The position numbers and the translations under genes were made by a program. From Minisyncoccota bacterium (lineage in GTDB: Bacteria; Patescibacteriota; Minisyncoccia; Phycocordibacterales; UBA5272), in NCBI GenBank assembly GCA_041651055.1, contig JBAZJW010000001.1, positions 691,702 through 755,701 on the forward strand: 64,000 bases of DNA. The letters run 5' to 3'. The notes under the pieces are model-generated. The model did not search any database and had not been told where the DNA came from. It saw only the letters and a list, made by a program, of their open reading frames with translations. Positions 41,591 through 51,986 of the stretch are shown here, in pieces; the first letter of the stretch is position 1; each line of letters opens with the position of its first letter.

Positions 41591-43378
41591 ATGCAACAAG
41601 AAATTCGTAACATCGCCATTATCGCTCACGTGGACCATGGAAAGACCACGCTTACCGACGCACTCATGAAACAGTGTGGTGTTGGTGTTGAAGGTCAGAC
41701 AATGGACTCAAATCCAATGGAAAAGGAGCGTGGTATTACGATTACTGCCAAGAATACCTCGGTACCATACAAGGGTGTGAAGATTAACATTTTGGATACT
41801 CCTGGTCACGCGGACTTCGGCTCTGAAGTAGAGCGCGTACTAAGGTCAATTGACTGTGTGCTTCTTGTTGTTGATGCTCAGGAAGGTCCAATGCCTCAGA
41901 CACGTTTCGTTCTCAAGAAGTCACTTGAACTTGGTATTAAGCCGATTGTTGTTATTAATAAAATCGATAAACCAGCTGCTGATGCGAAGAAAGTGCACGA
42001 TGAAGTATTTGAACTTTTTATGGAACTTGGAGCAAACGATGAACAACTCGACTTCACCACGGTATACGCTATCGGACGTGAGGGTGTTGCGATGAAGAAT
42101 CTCGACGACGAACGAAAGGATCTCACACCGCTCCTTGATATTATTTTGGAAAAAGTTCCGAAGGCAACAGGAGACATCAATAGTCCGTTCGTGGCACAGG
42201 TGTTTAACCTTGCATATGATAATTTCCTCGGTCGTATGGCTATTTGTCGTGTGTATGACGGAGTTGCAAAAGTTGGTGAAGAAATTGTCGTAAAGAAAGC
42301 AACAGGCGAAACACGAAAGGGACGTATTACAAAGATGTATACCTTCAACGGTATCGCTCGTGTTGAGGCTCAAACTGCTGAAGCGGGAGATATTGTCATG
42401 GTTGCTGGATTTGCTGATATTTTCATCGGTGAGACATTTATTAAGAATGAAAGTCAGGAAGCTCTTCCTGCAATCCATATTGATGAACCAACTATCGCCC
42501 TTAACTTCCTTGTGAACGATTCTCCCTTTGCTGGAAAGGAAGGAAAGTTCGTAACGGGTCGTCAGATTCGTGACCGCCTCGAAAAAGAACTTGAGATCAA
42601 TGTCGGTCTTCATGTTGATTTTGAAATGGAAAAATTCTTGGTGTACGGTCGTGGTGAACTCCACATCGCTGTACTTCTCGAAACAATGCGTCGTGAAGGA
42701 TATGAACTTCAAGTGTCACAACCACAGGTTATTTTCCATGAAAAAGATGGTGTGAAAGAAGAGCCATATGAAGAACTTGTGATCGATGTACCGGTAGAGT
42801 CGTGTGGTATCGTGATGGAAAAGCTTGGACGTCGTAAAGCAATGATCGAAGACATGACTGAAAAGCATGGAGTGAATCGTATTAAGGCAACTATTCCTAC
42901 TCGAGGACTTCTCGGTTATCGTGGAGAATTCGTTATTGATACGAAAGGTCTTGGAATTCTTTCAGCACGTTTCAGTAAATTTGGTCCATACGCTGGTCCT
43001 ATCACTCGTCGCCTCGTTGGTTCTATGACATCGATGGCATCCGGCAAGTCTCTCGCATTCTCACTTTGGAATCTCCAGGATAGAGGTGTGATTTATATTC
43101 TTCCTACAACAGAAGTATACGAAGGTATGGTTATTGGTAACACATCAAAGGGTGAAGAAATGATGGTGAATCCGACAAAGGGTAAAGCGCTTTCAAACAT
43201 GCGTTCGTCAGGTGCAGATGAAGCTATCGTTCTCGTGCCTGCATGGGAAATCAGTATCGAACGCGGTCTTGAAATCATGAACGCTGATGAATATCTTGAA
43301 GTGACACCGAAGTCAGTGAGACTACGAAAGCAGTTGCTCACAGAATCAGATCGCGCAAAGGCTGGCCGTAAAGCATAA
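41591..43378 (+). CDS. typA: Translational GTPase TypA/BipA
   Basis: AHVDHGKTT, DTPGHADF, GPMPQTRFV, GRGELH, EVTPKSVRLRK. Confidence 0.97.
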   Translation: MQQEIRNIAIIAHVDHGKTTLTDALMKQCGVGVEGQTMDSNPMEKERGITITAKNTSVPYKGVKINILDTPGHADFGSEVERVLRSIDCVLLVVDAQEGPMPQTRFVLKKSLELGIKPIVVINKIDKPAADAKKVHDEVFELFMELGANDEQLDFTTVYAIGREGVAMKNLDDERKDLTPLLDIILEKVPKATGDINSPFVAQVFNLAYDNFLGRMAICRVYDGVAKVGEEIVVKKATGETRKGRITKMYTFNGIARVEAQTAEAGDIVMVAGFADIFIGETFIKNESQEALPAIHIDEPTIALNFLVNDSPFAGKEGKFVTGRQIRDRLEKELEINVGLHVDFEMEKFLVYGRGELHIAVLLETMRREGYELQVSQPQVIFHEKDGVKEEPYEELVIDVPVESCGIVMEKLGRRKAMIEDMTEKHGVNRIKATIPTRGLLGYRGEFVIDTKGLGILSARFSKFGPYAGPITRRLVGSMTSMASGKSLAFSLWNLQDRGVIYILPTTEVYEGMVIGNTSKGEEMMVNPTKGKALSNMRSSGADEAIVLVPAWEISIERGLEIMNADEYLEVTPKSVRLRKQLLTESDRAKAGRKA

Positions 43379-43492
43379 ATTGCTTTATCTACTGCGTTAT
43401 AGAAAATTTTTCCTCCACGCGCCGTACCATATGTACGTCTTGGTCGTAAAAATTTTCTATGCCTTGTATCTAAAACAATTTCTGCCTTACGG
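43366..43492 (+). repeat. GTAC-core long imperfect hairpin, copy 5
   Basis: ccgtaaagcataaattg...gccgtac-catat-gtacgtct...caatttctgccttacgg; includes the last typA codons. Confidence 0.8.
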
Positions 43493-43510
43493 TTCGTGTA
43501 TACTGTAAGA

Positions 43511-44026
43511 ATGATACGAAAACTAAAAAAAGAAAAAAAGATTTTGTATGGCTCTATGGCCATACTTTTTCTTGTGCTTGGTTGGTATGGATATACGTGT
43601 GGTATACAAAAGACGTGTGGCAATCAAACTGTAGAGCGATTTGTTCGTCATGATATGGATATTGTTGCACCGCGTGGGACGATTGCCACTGAAGTGGTGG
43701 ACACTTCTGCTTCTCGTGCTCTTGGACTGTCTGGACGAAAGGGACTTGCTCCTAATGAAGGAATGTTGTTTGTCTTTGATGCTTCTGGACGCTATGGTTT
43801 TTGGATGAAAGATATGCTGTTTCCTCTTGATATTATCTGGATAAATCAAAGCGGTGTTGTTGTTCATATTGAAAGAGATGTTACCCCAGAATCATACACA
43901 GGATCAAAAGAGAATCCGAAAACATTTATCAATACACCGGACGCTCTCTATGTGCTTGAAATCAATACCGGAAAAGCAGAGGAGTATGGGTTATATTTGG
44001 GATCAAAAGTAAAACTAGAGAAGTAG
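43511..44026 (+). CDS. DUF192 family protein
   Basis: GLSGR, GMLFVF, FWMKDMLFPLDIIWI, YVLEI. Confidence 0.9.
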   Translation: MIRKLKKEKKILYGSMAILFLVLGWYGYTCGIQKTCGNQTVERFVRHDMDIVAPRGTIATEVVDTSASRALGLSGRKGLAPNEGMLFVFDASGRYGFWMKDMLFPLDIIWINQSGVVVHIERDVTPESYTGSKENPKTFINTPDALYVLEINTGKAEEYGLYLGSKVKLEK

Positions 44027-44106
44027 TTTTGAGATAAATTATTAAACATATATACTTTGTGTATTGATGGGATAGATTAATCATTCTTACGAGAGTAAAA
44101 TAAAAT

Positions 44107-45102
44107 ATGCAAGAACAAGAAATGGAATATGCAGGGTTTTGGGTTAGGTTTTCTGCAACCCTTATTGATACAGTTCTGTTAATATTGCTTACGTTTCCGC
44201 CACTCGTTTATATTTATGGGTGGGCATATTTTGACGCTGAAAAAACTGGCTTTATTGCTGGCCCTACTGATTTTATTATTTCATGGGTACTACCAGCAAT
44301 CGTTGTGATTGTTTTTTGGTTACAAAAACAAGCAACCCCAGGCAAGATGATGGTAGGGGTGCAAATTGTTGATGCTGTAACTGGTAAGTCTATTTCGATT
44401 GGTCAAGCGATAGTCCGCTACTTGGCATATTTTATTTCATTCCTTCCACTCGGTCTTGGTTTTATATGGATTGCTTTTGATAGAAAAAAACAAGGCTGGC
44501 ATGACAAATTAGCAGGAACAATTGTAATTAAGTCAAAGAAATATAAAACACAAAACGTAGTTTATTCTGCAGAAAATAAAAGATTAGAAAATTATCTTGT
44601 ACCGTTTGTTTCTATTCTAATTTTTGGGGTAGCTTTATTTTACCCAGCCTGGAGCAGTATTGAGGTTCCAGATACTAACTACAATGGAGCAGGATTTGTA
44701 TATGGAAAAGATTTACTCATAATAGGCTGGTTTGGGATTATTGCTTTGTATCTGCCTGCATATTTTTTGTTTCCAGCTGTAAGTATAGTTACAAAAATTA
44801 CAAAAGGTGAGGAGGGTAAAATGTTACTAAGTCGTATTTTGTTATTTTTGTTTTGGTTGGAAGGGTTCTTCGGGGTGATAGTTTTTAAGTACGGAGGAAC
44901 CAGTGACGCTGGTGATGCAAAAATAGTATCTGTTGGACCATCTTTTTGGATGTGGACAATACTTGTTTGGTATATTTTACTCTGTGCCTTTTTTTACAGG
45001 CATTTAGGAAAAGAAAAATCTTACAGGGTTTTCAAAGTGCTGTCTATTTTTGCTCTTTCCCTCGTTGTCTTCTTAGCTTTTAATTACTCCTTATCAAAGT
45101 AA
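44107..45102 (+). CDS. RDD family membrane protein with an extra C-terminal TM domain
   Basis: AGFWVRFSATLID, TPGK, QGWHDKLAGT. Confidence 0.85.
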   Translation: MQEQEMEYAGFWVRFSATLIDTVLLILLTFPPLVYIYGWAYFDAEKTGFIAGPTDFIISWVLPAIVVIVFWLQKQATPGKMMVGVQIVDAVTGKSISIGQAIVRYLAYFISFLPLGLGFIWIAFDRKKQGWHDKLAGTIVIKSKKYKTQNVVYSAENKRLENYLVPFVSILIFGVALFYPAWSSIEVPDTNYNGAGFVYGKDLLIIGWFGIIALYLPAYFLFPAVSIVTKITKGEEGKMLLSRILLFLFWLEGFFGVIVFKYGGTSDAGDAKIVSVGPSFWMWTILVWYILLCAFFYRHLGKEKSYRVFKVLSIFALSLVVFLAFNYSLSK

Positions 45103-45228
45103 GGAATATTTTCGGATATTTTCTTGATTTTAGTGGAACAAAATGAATGTAAGGAAATGGTTATTCGTACTTGATTCGATTCTTGGATAAAAGTAAAAAG
45201 CCACCCGGTAAGGGTGGCTTTTCCATAT

Positions 45229-45607
45229 GTTCTCTGTCTATAAGCCGAATTCTGTTTTTGTGTAGACATGTATCTAGCTCGTTAATTGCTCAATGAGTCA
45301 AGCGACACTCCCGTATTACTACGGGCACGGTCTTGCACACACGTATGTATTTAGCCGTTTCAGCCGGACTAAACCGGATCGTTTCTGTTCGCAACACGGT
45401 GGTCACCCACGACGGGCATTACCCGCTACGCTTCCAATTTTGCCCACCAGAGGTGGCTGCAAAATTGAGAATCCTGAGCTTGTCGAAGGATAGTCCCTCA
45501 ACTTCGTTCGGGACACTCAATTCTGCAACTGCCTATGGCAGGCAGAATTGGTGTGTGTTCGGACTTTCCTCACGATATTACTATCGCGCGTCTACCCAAC
45601 AAAGAAC
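45229..45607 (-). ncRNA. rnpB: RNase P RNA with ~118-nt insertion
   Basis: Minus strand GAGGAAAGTCCG ... ACAGAATTCGGCTTAT conserved P4 strands, P1 pairing of the ends, terminator 45195-45222. Confidence 0.92.
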
Positions 45608-45679
45608 AAAATAACTATACGATATATTATTACCTTTGTCAAAGAAGTGAGAATATATATGGTATACTAGGATATCTCT

Positions 45680-46954
45680 ATGATTCTCAAGAACTCATTA
45701 CTCCTCTCTATATTTTCTATGCTTTCGGTGTTGCTCGGTATCGTGCGCGATAGACTTTTATCTACCCATGTTGGTGTTGGCCCAATTCTCGATATTTACA
45801 ATGCATCATTTAGACTGCCAGATTTTTTGTATGCAATGTCTCTTGCTTTTGTGACGGCAGGAACCGTTATTCCATTTTTAACAATTGAAAATAAATCAGG
45901 GGATGTTATTGATTCTCGTCATAGGCTTTCTTCTATATCCCTTTTCTTTGCTGGAGCTGCCTCACTTATTGGTGTATTAATTGTAATTACAATTCCATTG
46001 TATGCTCATGGCATTGTTCCTGGATTTACGGGAGAACAGACAGCAGTATTTATTAGTGTTACTAGATTGCTAATGATACAGCCAATATTGCTTGGTATTA
46101 CATCTTTAATTTCTTGTTTTGCACAAATGAAGAATCACTTTGTTCTTTATGGTATCGCACCACTCGGTTATTCATTGGGAATTATTTTTGGAATTATGTA
46201 TCTTTATCCAAGCTATGGTGTGCACGGATTGATCTATGGTGTAATTATTGGTGCAGCTGCTTCTTTCCTTATTCAGTTGTGGTCACTTAAGGGGGTGAGG
46301 TTTATTGAAGTTCTTCCTTATTTTTCTTTTAAGCATATTAAAGAATTATTTAGACTTTCATTTCCGCGCATGGGTGTAAATATTCTCACACAACTTAGAA
46401 TTATTTTTTTTACAGCCTTTGCCACCACTCTTGGACCGGGAGTACTTTCGAGTTATCTTTTTGCCCAGAGAATCACCGATGCAGTAACACAAATTATTCA
46501 ACAAAGTGTTACGACTGCGAGTCTGCCGGTTCTTTCGAAAAAATTTATTGATAATCAATTCAAGGAATATAAAGAGGTTGTAAAAATGTATGTTCTCATT
46601 CTTGGAGCTATTGGGTTTTTTGCGGCGGCAGCAATTTATTTTTTGAAGGATATTGTTATCGCTATTTTATACGGTAATACGAATGCTCATGACCTGATTG
46701 CTTTCTTCTTGATAGGATTTTTGATAGCGCTCCCACTCCAAATGATGATCGGCTATTTTTCGATTAGTCTCTATTCCGCCAAAGATACCAAGAGTGTTTT
46801 TTATTCGAATCTTATTTCAACACTCGTCGCAGTAGCTGCATGTTATGCAACACAAACCCTAGGGAACATTAGTCTTGTCTATGGAATTATTGCTATGTCT
46901 ACTTCAAACTTTATTGTCATTGCTCTTTTGTATAGTAAGAAAAAGTTGATATAA
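45680..46954 (+). CDS. murJ: Lipid II flippase MurJ/MviN
   Basis: GIVRDR, YNASFRLPDF, LPVLS; many TMs. Confidence 0.88.
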   Translation: MILKNSLLLSIFSMLSVLLGIVRDRLLSTHVGVGPILDIYNASFRLPDFLYAMSLAFVTAGTVIPFLTIENKSGDVIDSRHRLSSISLFFAGAASLIGVLIVITIPLYAHGIVPGFTGEQTAVFISVTRLLMIQPILLGITSLISCFAQMKNHFVLYGIAPLGYSLGIIFGIMYLYPSYGVHGLIYGVIIGAAASFLIQLWSLKGVRFIEVLPYFSFKHIKELFRLSFPRMGVNILTQLRIIFFTAFATTLGPGVLSSYLFAQRITDAVTQIIQQSVTTASLPVLSKKFIDNQFKEYKEVVKMYVLILGAIGFFAAAAIYFLKDIVIAILYGNTNAHDLIAFFLIGFLIALPLQMMIGYFSISLYSAKDTKSVFYSNLISTLVAVAACYATQTLGNISLVYGIIAMSTSNFIVIALLYSKKKLI

Positions 46955-47050
46955 AAGGAAAGTAAAATCACCATCTTGTCTGAGATTACATGTTGCGTCC
47001 GGAGGTCTCCTTGGTGTAGGATGGTCTAAGAGTAAATAAGGGAGGTCTGT

Positions 47051-47548
47051 ATGCCTAAACTTTCTCATCTTTTGACTGATGAGCGTTTTTCTTCAGCTCA
47101 GAGGGAACATGTTCGCACGAGAGTCGCTGCTAATATTTCAAGGGGCGAAGATGCGAAATCCTCTGCCCAAGTGTGTCTGCAAGAGCTGTGGCAATCGTAT
47201 GACTACGATGGTATTTCCATGGGTAGATCGCTTAGGGCTTGCATTTTGGAAGAACTGTTACAGTTGCTTGATGGTTGCTTTGATGATGAAGCAAGGCAGC
47301 TGCTTGCATTTCTGGTTGCGATGTATCACGACGTCGATTACCTGAATAGTGTTGGGTGGTATGATTACGTGGTCACCATTGAAGCCTTGCCACTGGGGTA
47401 TAGAATCCTCCTTCTCTCTGCGGCAGTTGCCCTCGACATCGAAGAGCTTCCAGAAATCGATGAAGAGTCTAATTCTATAGTTAGGCAGCTTGTGCTAGAG
47501 GGGAAGGAAAAACGACGGTTGGTACGGGCCCCATATGTGTGGGTCTGA
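47051..47548 (+). CDS. Hypothetical protein (orphan)
   Basis: GGGAGG SD, own TAGGAT promoter and downstream hairpin terminator. Confidence 0.65.
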   Translation: MPKLSHLLTDERFSSAQREHVRTRVAANISRGEDAKSSAQVCLQELWQSYDYDGISMGRSLRACILEELLQLLDGCFDDEARQLLAFLVAMYHDVDYLNSVGWYDYVVTIEALPLGYRILLLSAAVALDIEELPEIDEESNSIVRQLVLEGKEKRRLVRAPYVWV

Positions 47549-47678
47549 AGAATCAAAGGAGGGCCCAGGTCCTCCTTTTTTATTTGTCGATTTTCGTGTA
47601 GTATGTACTGTATTAGAAACGTAGTTGTTTGGATGCAATACGCGACAAAGTAGTACGCCAAACAAGTGTGTTTACCTT

Positions 47679-49481
47679 ATGGAAATACGAAACTTCTCAA
47701 TCATTGCCCATATTGACCACGGCAAGTCGACCTTAGCGGATCGGCTTTTGGAGGTGACTGCGACTATTGATAAGCGTCACATGAAGGAACAGGTGTTAGA
47801 TAATATGGAACTTGAACGCGAACGTGGAATCACTATTAAAATGACGCCGGTGCGTATGAATTGGAAGGATTCTTCCGGTAAAGAATATATTCTGAATCTC
47901 ATCGATACTCCAGGACACATCGACTTTTCGTATGAAGTATCGCGAGCCCTCCAAGCGGTAGAAGGAACACTTCTTCTCGTGGATTCGACCCAGGGTGTAC
48001 AAGCGCAGACGCTTACCACACTTGAAATGGCGAAGAACTCTGGTCTTACGATTATTCCTGTTATCACCAAGATAGATAGTCCACTCGCTGAGATTGATGA
48101 AGTGAAAGAAGAAATTATCAGACTTCTCGGCTGTAAAGAAAGTGATATTCTCGCGGTATCAGGAAAGACTGGCGAAGGTGTACTGGCCCTCATCGAAGAG
48201 ATCGTAAAAAGAATTCCTGCTCCAAAAAGTGAATTCATAGCCGCGGAAGGGAATCAAACACGTGCGCTTATTTTTGACTTTGAATACAGCAATCACATGG
48301 GGGTTATTTTGTATGTGCGTGTGCTCGATGGAAATGTAAAAGCGGGGGACACATTACTCTTTGCACAATCAAAAGCAAAATTTATCATACGAGAAGTGGG
48401 AACCTTTTCTCCTGCGAAAAAAGAAGCGAGCCTGGTGGGTGCTGGTGAGATCGGTTACATCGTGACAGGAATCAAAGAGCCAGGTATCGCGCGTGTTGGA
48501 GATACAGTGACCACATTCTCGAAGCCACTCCCTGCGTTTCCTGGATATGCTGAACCGGTACCTATTGTGTTCGCATCTATTTATCCAGAGTCACAAGATG
48601 AATTCGATGACTTGCGATCTAGTCTTTCGAAATTAAAACTTTCTGATTCATCGCTTACGTTTGAAGAAGAATCTTCTGGTGCGCTTGGCCGTGGATTTCG
48701 TTGCGGATTCCTCGGTATGCTTCACTTGGAAATTGTGACTGAGCGACTTCGTCGAGAATTCGATCAAGAGCTCGTGGTGACGACACCGTCTATTACCTAT
48801 GAAGTGACGCTCAAAAATGGTGACGTAGAAATGGTGTATACGCCGATTCATTTTCCAGATCATGGATCATTTATTTCTGTGCGTGAACCATGGATTATTT
48901 TGACACTCATTACGCCGCATGATTATGTGAGTCCTCTCATGCAACTCTTTCCACCGCATGAAGCAGAGGTTATAGATTTAAGTGACTGGGGGCATAACAG
49001 AGTACGTATACAACTCAACATGCCACTTCGTGAACTCATGCGCAACTTTTTCAATGAAGTAAAATCTGCGTCGAGTGGGTATGCGTCTATTGTTTACGAA
49101 AAAGGTGAAATGAAGAAAGCTGATGTGACGAGACTTGATGTCTATGTGGCCGAAGAACGTGTCACGGCATTTTCTCGTGTGATACCGGTATATCGTGCCC
49201 GTGAAGAAAGTGAAGAAGTAGTAGATAAATTAGAGAAAATACTTCCCGTTGAAATGTTCCGTGTGAAAATCCAAGCGTATGTGGATGGACGAATTGTCGC
49301 CTCGAGATCCATTGCTCCGATGAAGAAGGATGTGACAGGATATATGTACGGAGGAGACATTACACGAAAGATGAAGTTGCGCGATAAACAAAAGAAAGGG
49401 AAGGACAGAATGCAGCGAGAGGGAAAGGTACATATTTCGCATGACACATTTTTATCGATGATGAAGCCAGGAGAAAAATAA
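47679..49481 (+). CDS. lepA: Elongation factor 4
   Basis: IRNFSIIAHIDHGKSTLADR, GFRCGFLGMLH, YGGDITRKMKL. Confidence 0.97.
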   Translation: MEIRNFSIIAHIDHGKSTLADRLLEVTATIDKRHMKEQVLDNMELERERGITIKMTPVRMNWKDSSGKEYILNLIDTPGHIDFSYEVSRALQAVEGTLLLVDSTQGVQAQTLTTLEMAKNSGLTIIPVITKIDSPLAEIDEVKEEIIRLLGCKESDILAVSGKTGEGVLALIEEIVKRIPAPKSEFIAAEGNQTRALIFDFEYSNHMGVILYVRVLDGNVKAGDTLLFAQSKAKFIIREVGTFSPAKKEASLVGAGEIGYIVTGIKEPGIARVGDTVTTFSKPLPAFPGYAEPVPIVFASIYPESQDEFDDLRSSLSKLKLSDSSLTFEEESSGALGRGFRCGFLGMLHLEIVTERLRREFDQELVVTTPSITYEVTLKNGDVEMVYTPIHFPDHGSFISVREPWIILTLITPHDYVSPLMQLFPPHEAEVIDLSDWGHNRVRIQLNMPLRELMRNFFNEVKSASSGYASIVYEKGEMKKADVTRLDVYVAEERVTAFSRVIPVYRAREESEEVVDKLEKILPVEMFRVKIQAYVDGRIVASRSIAPMKKDVTGYMYGGDITRKMKLRDKQKKGKDRMQREGKVHISHDTFLSMMKPGEK

Positions 49482-49528
49482 CAGAAGAAGCTAAAAGACG
49501 GAAGCCGTACGGATGCTATACTCTTCCT

Positions 49529-50080
49529 ATGCAAAAACTTACATTTATTACAGGAAATGAAATGAAGGCGAAACAGTTAAGCGATCATTTTCATTTTCCT
49601 GTTGATCATATGAAGCTTGATTTACCTGAGATTCAATCGCTTGATGTTGAGGAGGTTGTTATCGATAAGGCTCGCCGTGCATACGCTATTGTGAAATCGC
49701 CCGTTCTTGTAGAAGACGTATCTTTTACATTAAATGCACTCGGTTCACTTCCCGGTCCGCTTATCAAGTGGTTTCTTCAATCAATGGGAAATAGCGAGCT
49801 TTGCAAATTACTTGATGGGCATGAAGATAGATCTGCAACCGCAGAAGTTTGTTTTGGCTTTTGTGATGGGGACAAAGTTCATGTTTTTAAAGGTACAAGG
49901 AAAGGGGTGGTTACAAAGTCTCCTCGTGGTGTGGCGGGTTTTGGTTTTGACCCTATTTTTATACCAGAAGGATTTACCAAGACCTGGGGAGAGATGAATG
50001 AAGAAGAAGGAAGAGAGTCTTCAATGAGAAGGTTGGCTTTAGAGAAGCTTAGTGTGTTTTTAGCAGACTACAACAAGTAG
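49529..50080 (+). CDS. Non-canonical purine NTP pyrophosphatase (HAM1/RdgB/ITPA)
   Basis: ITGN..K, LPEIQ, VED, LPGPLIKWF, GFGFDPIF. Confidence 0.92.
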   Translation: MQKLTFITGNEMKAKQLSDHFHFPVDHMKLDLPEIQSLDVEEVVIDKARRAYAIVKSPVLVEDVSFTLNALGSLPGPLIKWFLQSMGNSELCKLLDGHEDRSATAEVCFGFCDGDKVHVFKGTRKGVVTKSPRGVAGFGFDPIFIPEGFTKTWGEMNEEEGRESSMRRLALEKLSVFLADYNK

Positions 50081-50088
50081 TACAAGGT

Positions 50089-50604
50089 ATGGAATATTTT
50101 TCAATTATTAAAGACTCAGATATTTTTGAGAATCCTTTACCAGAACCGGAGGGGTATACTTCTCGTCCCACAGTGAAAGGTATTGTTTCTGATGCTGATG
50201 GTGCTATCAGTGTTCTCACTATTCACGGTCGTAGTCTTTTCCCAGGAGGAGGGGTTGAAGACGGAGAGACATTTGAAGAGGCTTTTGTACGTGAATGCAA
50301 AGAAGAAATTGGGTGTGATATAAAAATTATCTCTTCGCTTGGTTCCGCTCTTGAATTTCGTAACAAAGATGCTAAGAAGTATGAGGTTCACTTCTTTGTC
50401 GCTCATGTGATTGGTGAGAAAGGAATACCCACAACAACACAGGAAAATGAACAGGGTGTTACCATAGAATGGCTTTCAAAAGAAATAATCTCCACAAGAC
50501 TGGCAACACAAGAAGCAACATTGGCACAGGACGTGTATATGCCATACTTTGCAACTCGTACGCATTTCTCGGCACTTCAAAAGTTTTTAGAAACCTGTGA
50601 GTAA
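50089..50604 (+). CDS. NUDIX hydrolase
   Basis: PGGGVEDGETFEEAFVRECKEEIG Nudix box. Confidence 0.92.
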   Translation: MEYFSIIKDSDIFENPLPEPEGYTSRPTVKGIVSDADGAISVLTIHGRSLFPGGGVEDGETFEEAFVRECKEEIGCDIKIISSLGSALEFRNKDAKKYEVHFFVAHVIGEKGIPTTTQENEQGVTIEWLSKEIISTRLATQEATLAQDVYMPYFATRTHFSALQKFLETCE

Positions 50605-50688
50605 AGAGAATACAAAAGAGCGATGCCTGTGGCATCGCTCTTTTGTGCTACTGACCATAGACTATCGTCTATTGACCACCAGTCGTCA

Positions 50689-50799
50689 CTAGCGGAACAA
50701 TGAAACAACTGAGAATCCAACCATACCAATAATGGCAATGATTGAAACGACAGCCCAGACACGGTGAACCAGTTTTCTATTTTTTCCTGTGAAAATCAT
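50689..50799 (-). CDS. Small single-TM protein (36 aa, not in ORF track)
   Basis: MIFTGKNRKLVHRVWAVVSIIAIIGMVGFSVVSLFR*; basic N-terminus then TM. Confidence 0.5.
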   Translation of the reverse strand: MIFTGKNRKLVHRVWAVVSIIAIIGMVGFSVVSLFR

Positions 50800-50860
50800 A
50801 TGTGTTAGTACCAGATTAACTTTTTGAGTATGGTATTATGAATACAATCTTACCTCATTT

Positions 50861-51250
50861 ATGCGCGAATATCAACACAAGTATATGGTGCGAACGCTCC
50901 TCTACTCGAGGGTGACTATCGTAATCTTGTTTGTGTTATGTATTCTTTTGCTTCGTTCAATTATGGAGCTTAACGATAAACGAATAGAAGTTACGAAGCT
51001 TCGTAACGATTCAGCGGCGGAGAAGGCATTGCTCGAAGACAAGGTCGCAAAAGCGAAGGAAAAGAATGACATCATTGCTACTCCTCGTGGCTTTGAAAGT
51101 TACGTACGTACGACGTATCCCGTCGTAAAGGAAGGAGAAGGCGTGATTGTTATTTATGATGGTGACAAGGGCCTTGTAAGCCCTGTACGTGAGGATATGA
51201 CGGTCTGGGAGAGATTTATTCTCTTTTGGCGACGAATGACAAGTAAGTAG
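50861..51250 (+). CDS. Septum formation initiator (FtsB/DivIC-like)
   Basis: TM, coiled coil, ESYVRTTYPVVKEGEGVIVI. Confidence 0.7.
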   Translation: MREYQHKYMVRTLLYSRVTIVILFVLCILLLRSIMELNDKRIEVTKLRNDSAAEKALLEDKVAKAKEKNDIIATPRGFESYVRTTYPVVKEGEGVIVIYDGDKGLVSPVREDMTVWERFILFWRRMTSK

Positions 51251-51313
51251 TATTTCATTTGCGTATTTTCTAAAAACTTGAAACTTAAAACTCTCCTGAT
51301 ATACTGGCCTCAT

Positions 51314-51583
51314 ATGGATACACAAAATACTCAAACACAAGGAACTCAAACAGTTGAAATTTATAGTACGGCATCATGTCACTTTTGTCATATGGCAAAG
51401 GATTGGATGGCAGCAAAAAATATTCCTTTCAAGGATTACAATGTCGGTGAAGATTTAGTAAAGCGAAAGGAAATGGTGGAGATGACGGGTCAGCTCGGTG
51501 TGCCGGTTATCAAAATAGGGGACGAAGTGATGATTGGATTTAATCAGGAGAAAATGGCGCAGTTACTCGGGGTAGCGGTATAA
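51314..51583 (+). CDS. Glutaredoxin / NrdH-like redoxin
   Basis: IYSTASCHFC, GQLGVPVI, IGFN. Confidence 0.9.
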   Translation: MDTQNTQTQGTQTVEIYSTASCHFCHMAKDWMAAKNIPFKDYNVGEDLVKRKEMVEMTGQLGVPVIKIGDEVMIGFNQEKMAQLLGVAV

Positions 51584-51611
51584 GTCAAAAAGGTATCATA
51601 TATGTGTAAAA

Positions 51612-51637
51612 TAAAACCAGTCGAAAGACTGGTTTTA
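51612..51637. terminator. Bidirectional terminator; exact inverted copy at 53439-53464
   Basis: taaaaccagtc-gaaa-gactggtttta. Confidence 0.8.
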
Positions 51638-51794
51638 TTTTTGTCTTTATCCAGGCTCGGCTATGAGTTTCATCTTGTCGCTCTTAGCTCCTTGAACTGT
51701 ACCCATTCAGCTTATTGTAGGACACGCAGATATCGTACTGTCCAAGCACAAAATACAAAAAGCGATATCATATGACATCGCTTTTTGTATTTTG

Positions 51795-51867
51795 TGCTTG
51801 GACCCAGGCTCGAACTGGGGACCTATTCCTCTTCAGGGAAGCGCTCTACCAACTGAGCTATCCAAGC
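51795..51867 (-). tRNA. tRNA-Phe(GAA)
   Basis: Reverse complement GCTTGGATAGCTCAGTTGGTAGAGCGCTTCCCTGAAGAGGAATAGGTCCCCAGTTCGAGCCTGGGTCCAAGCA. Confidence 0.93.
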
Positions 51868-51917
51868 ATATTTTTTAATTATATCACCGACACACAATGT
51901 GCACGTTTGAATAGTAG

Positions 51918-51986
51918 TTACCAACCGGGTCGAAAGTTTGTTAACTTTCGACATCTTCGAAGCCAAGCTTCTCGAGTCACCCAAGC
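51918..51986 (-). pseudogene. Degenerate tRNA-Phe 5' fragment interrupted by the AGCTTGGCT/CGAAGATGTC element
   Basis: Reverse complement GCTTGGGTGACT[cgagaagcttggcttcgaagatgtcgaaagttaacaaactttcgac]CCGGTTGGTAA; shares upstream aaatat with the real tRNA. Confidence 0.6.

Noticed and set aside
45293-45753. Three short ORFs in the track
   Set aside because: They overlap the RNase P RNA gene and are spurious.
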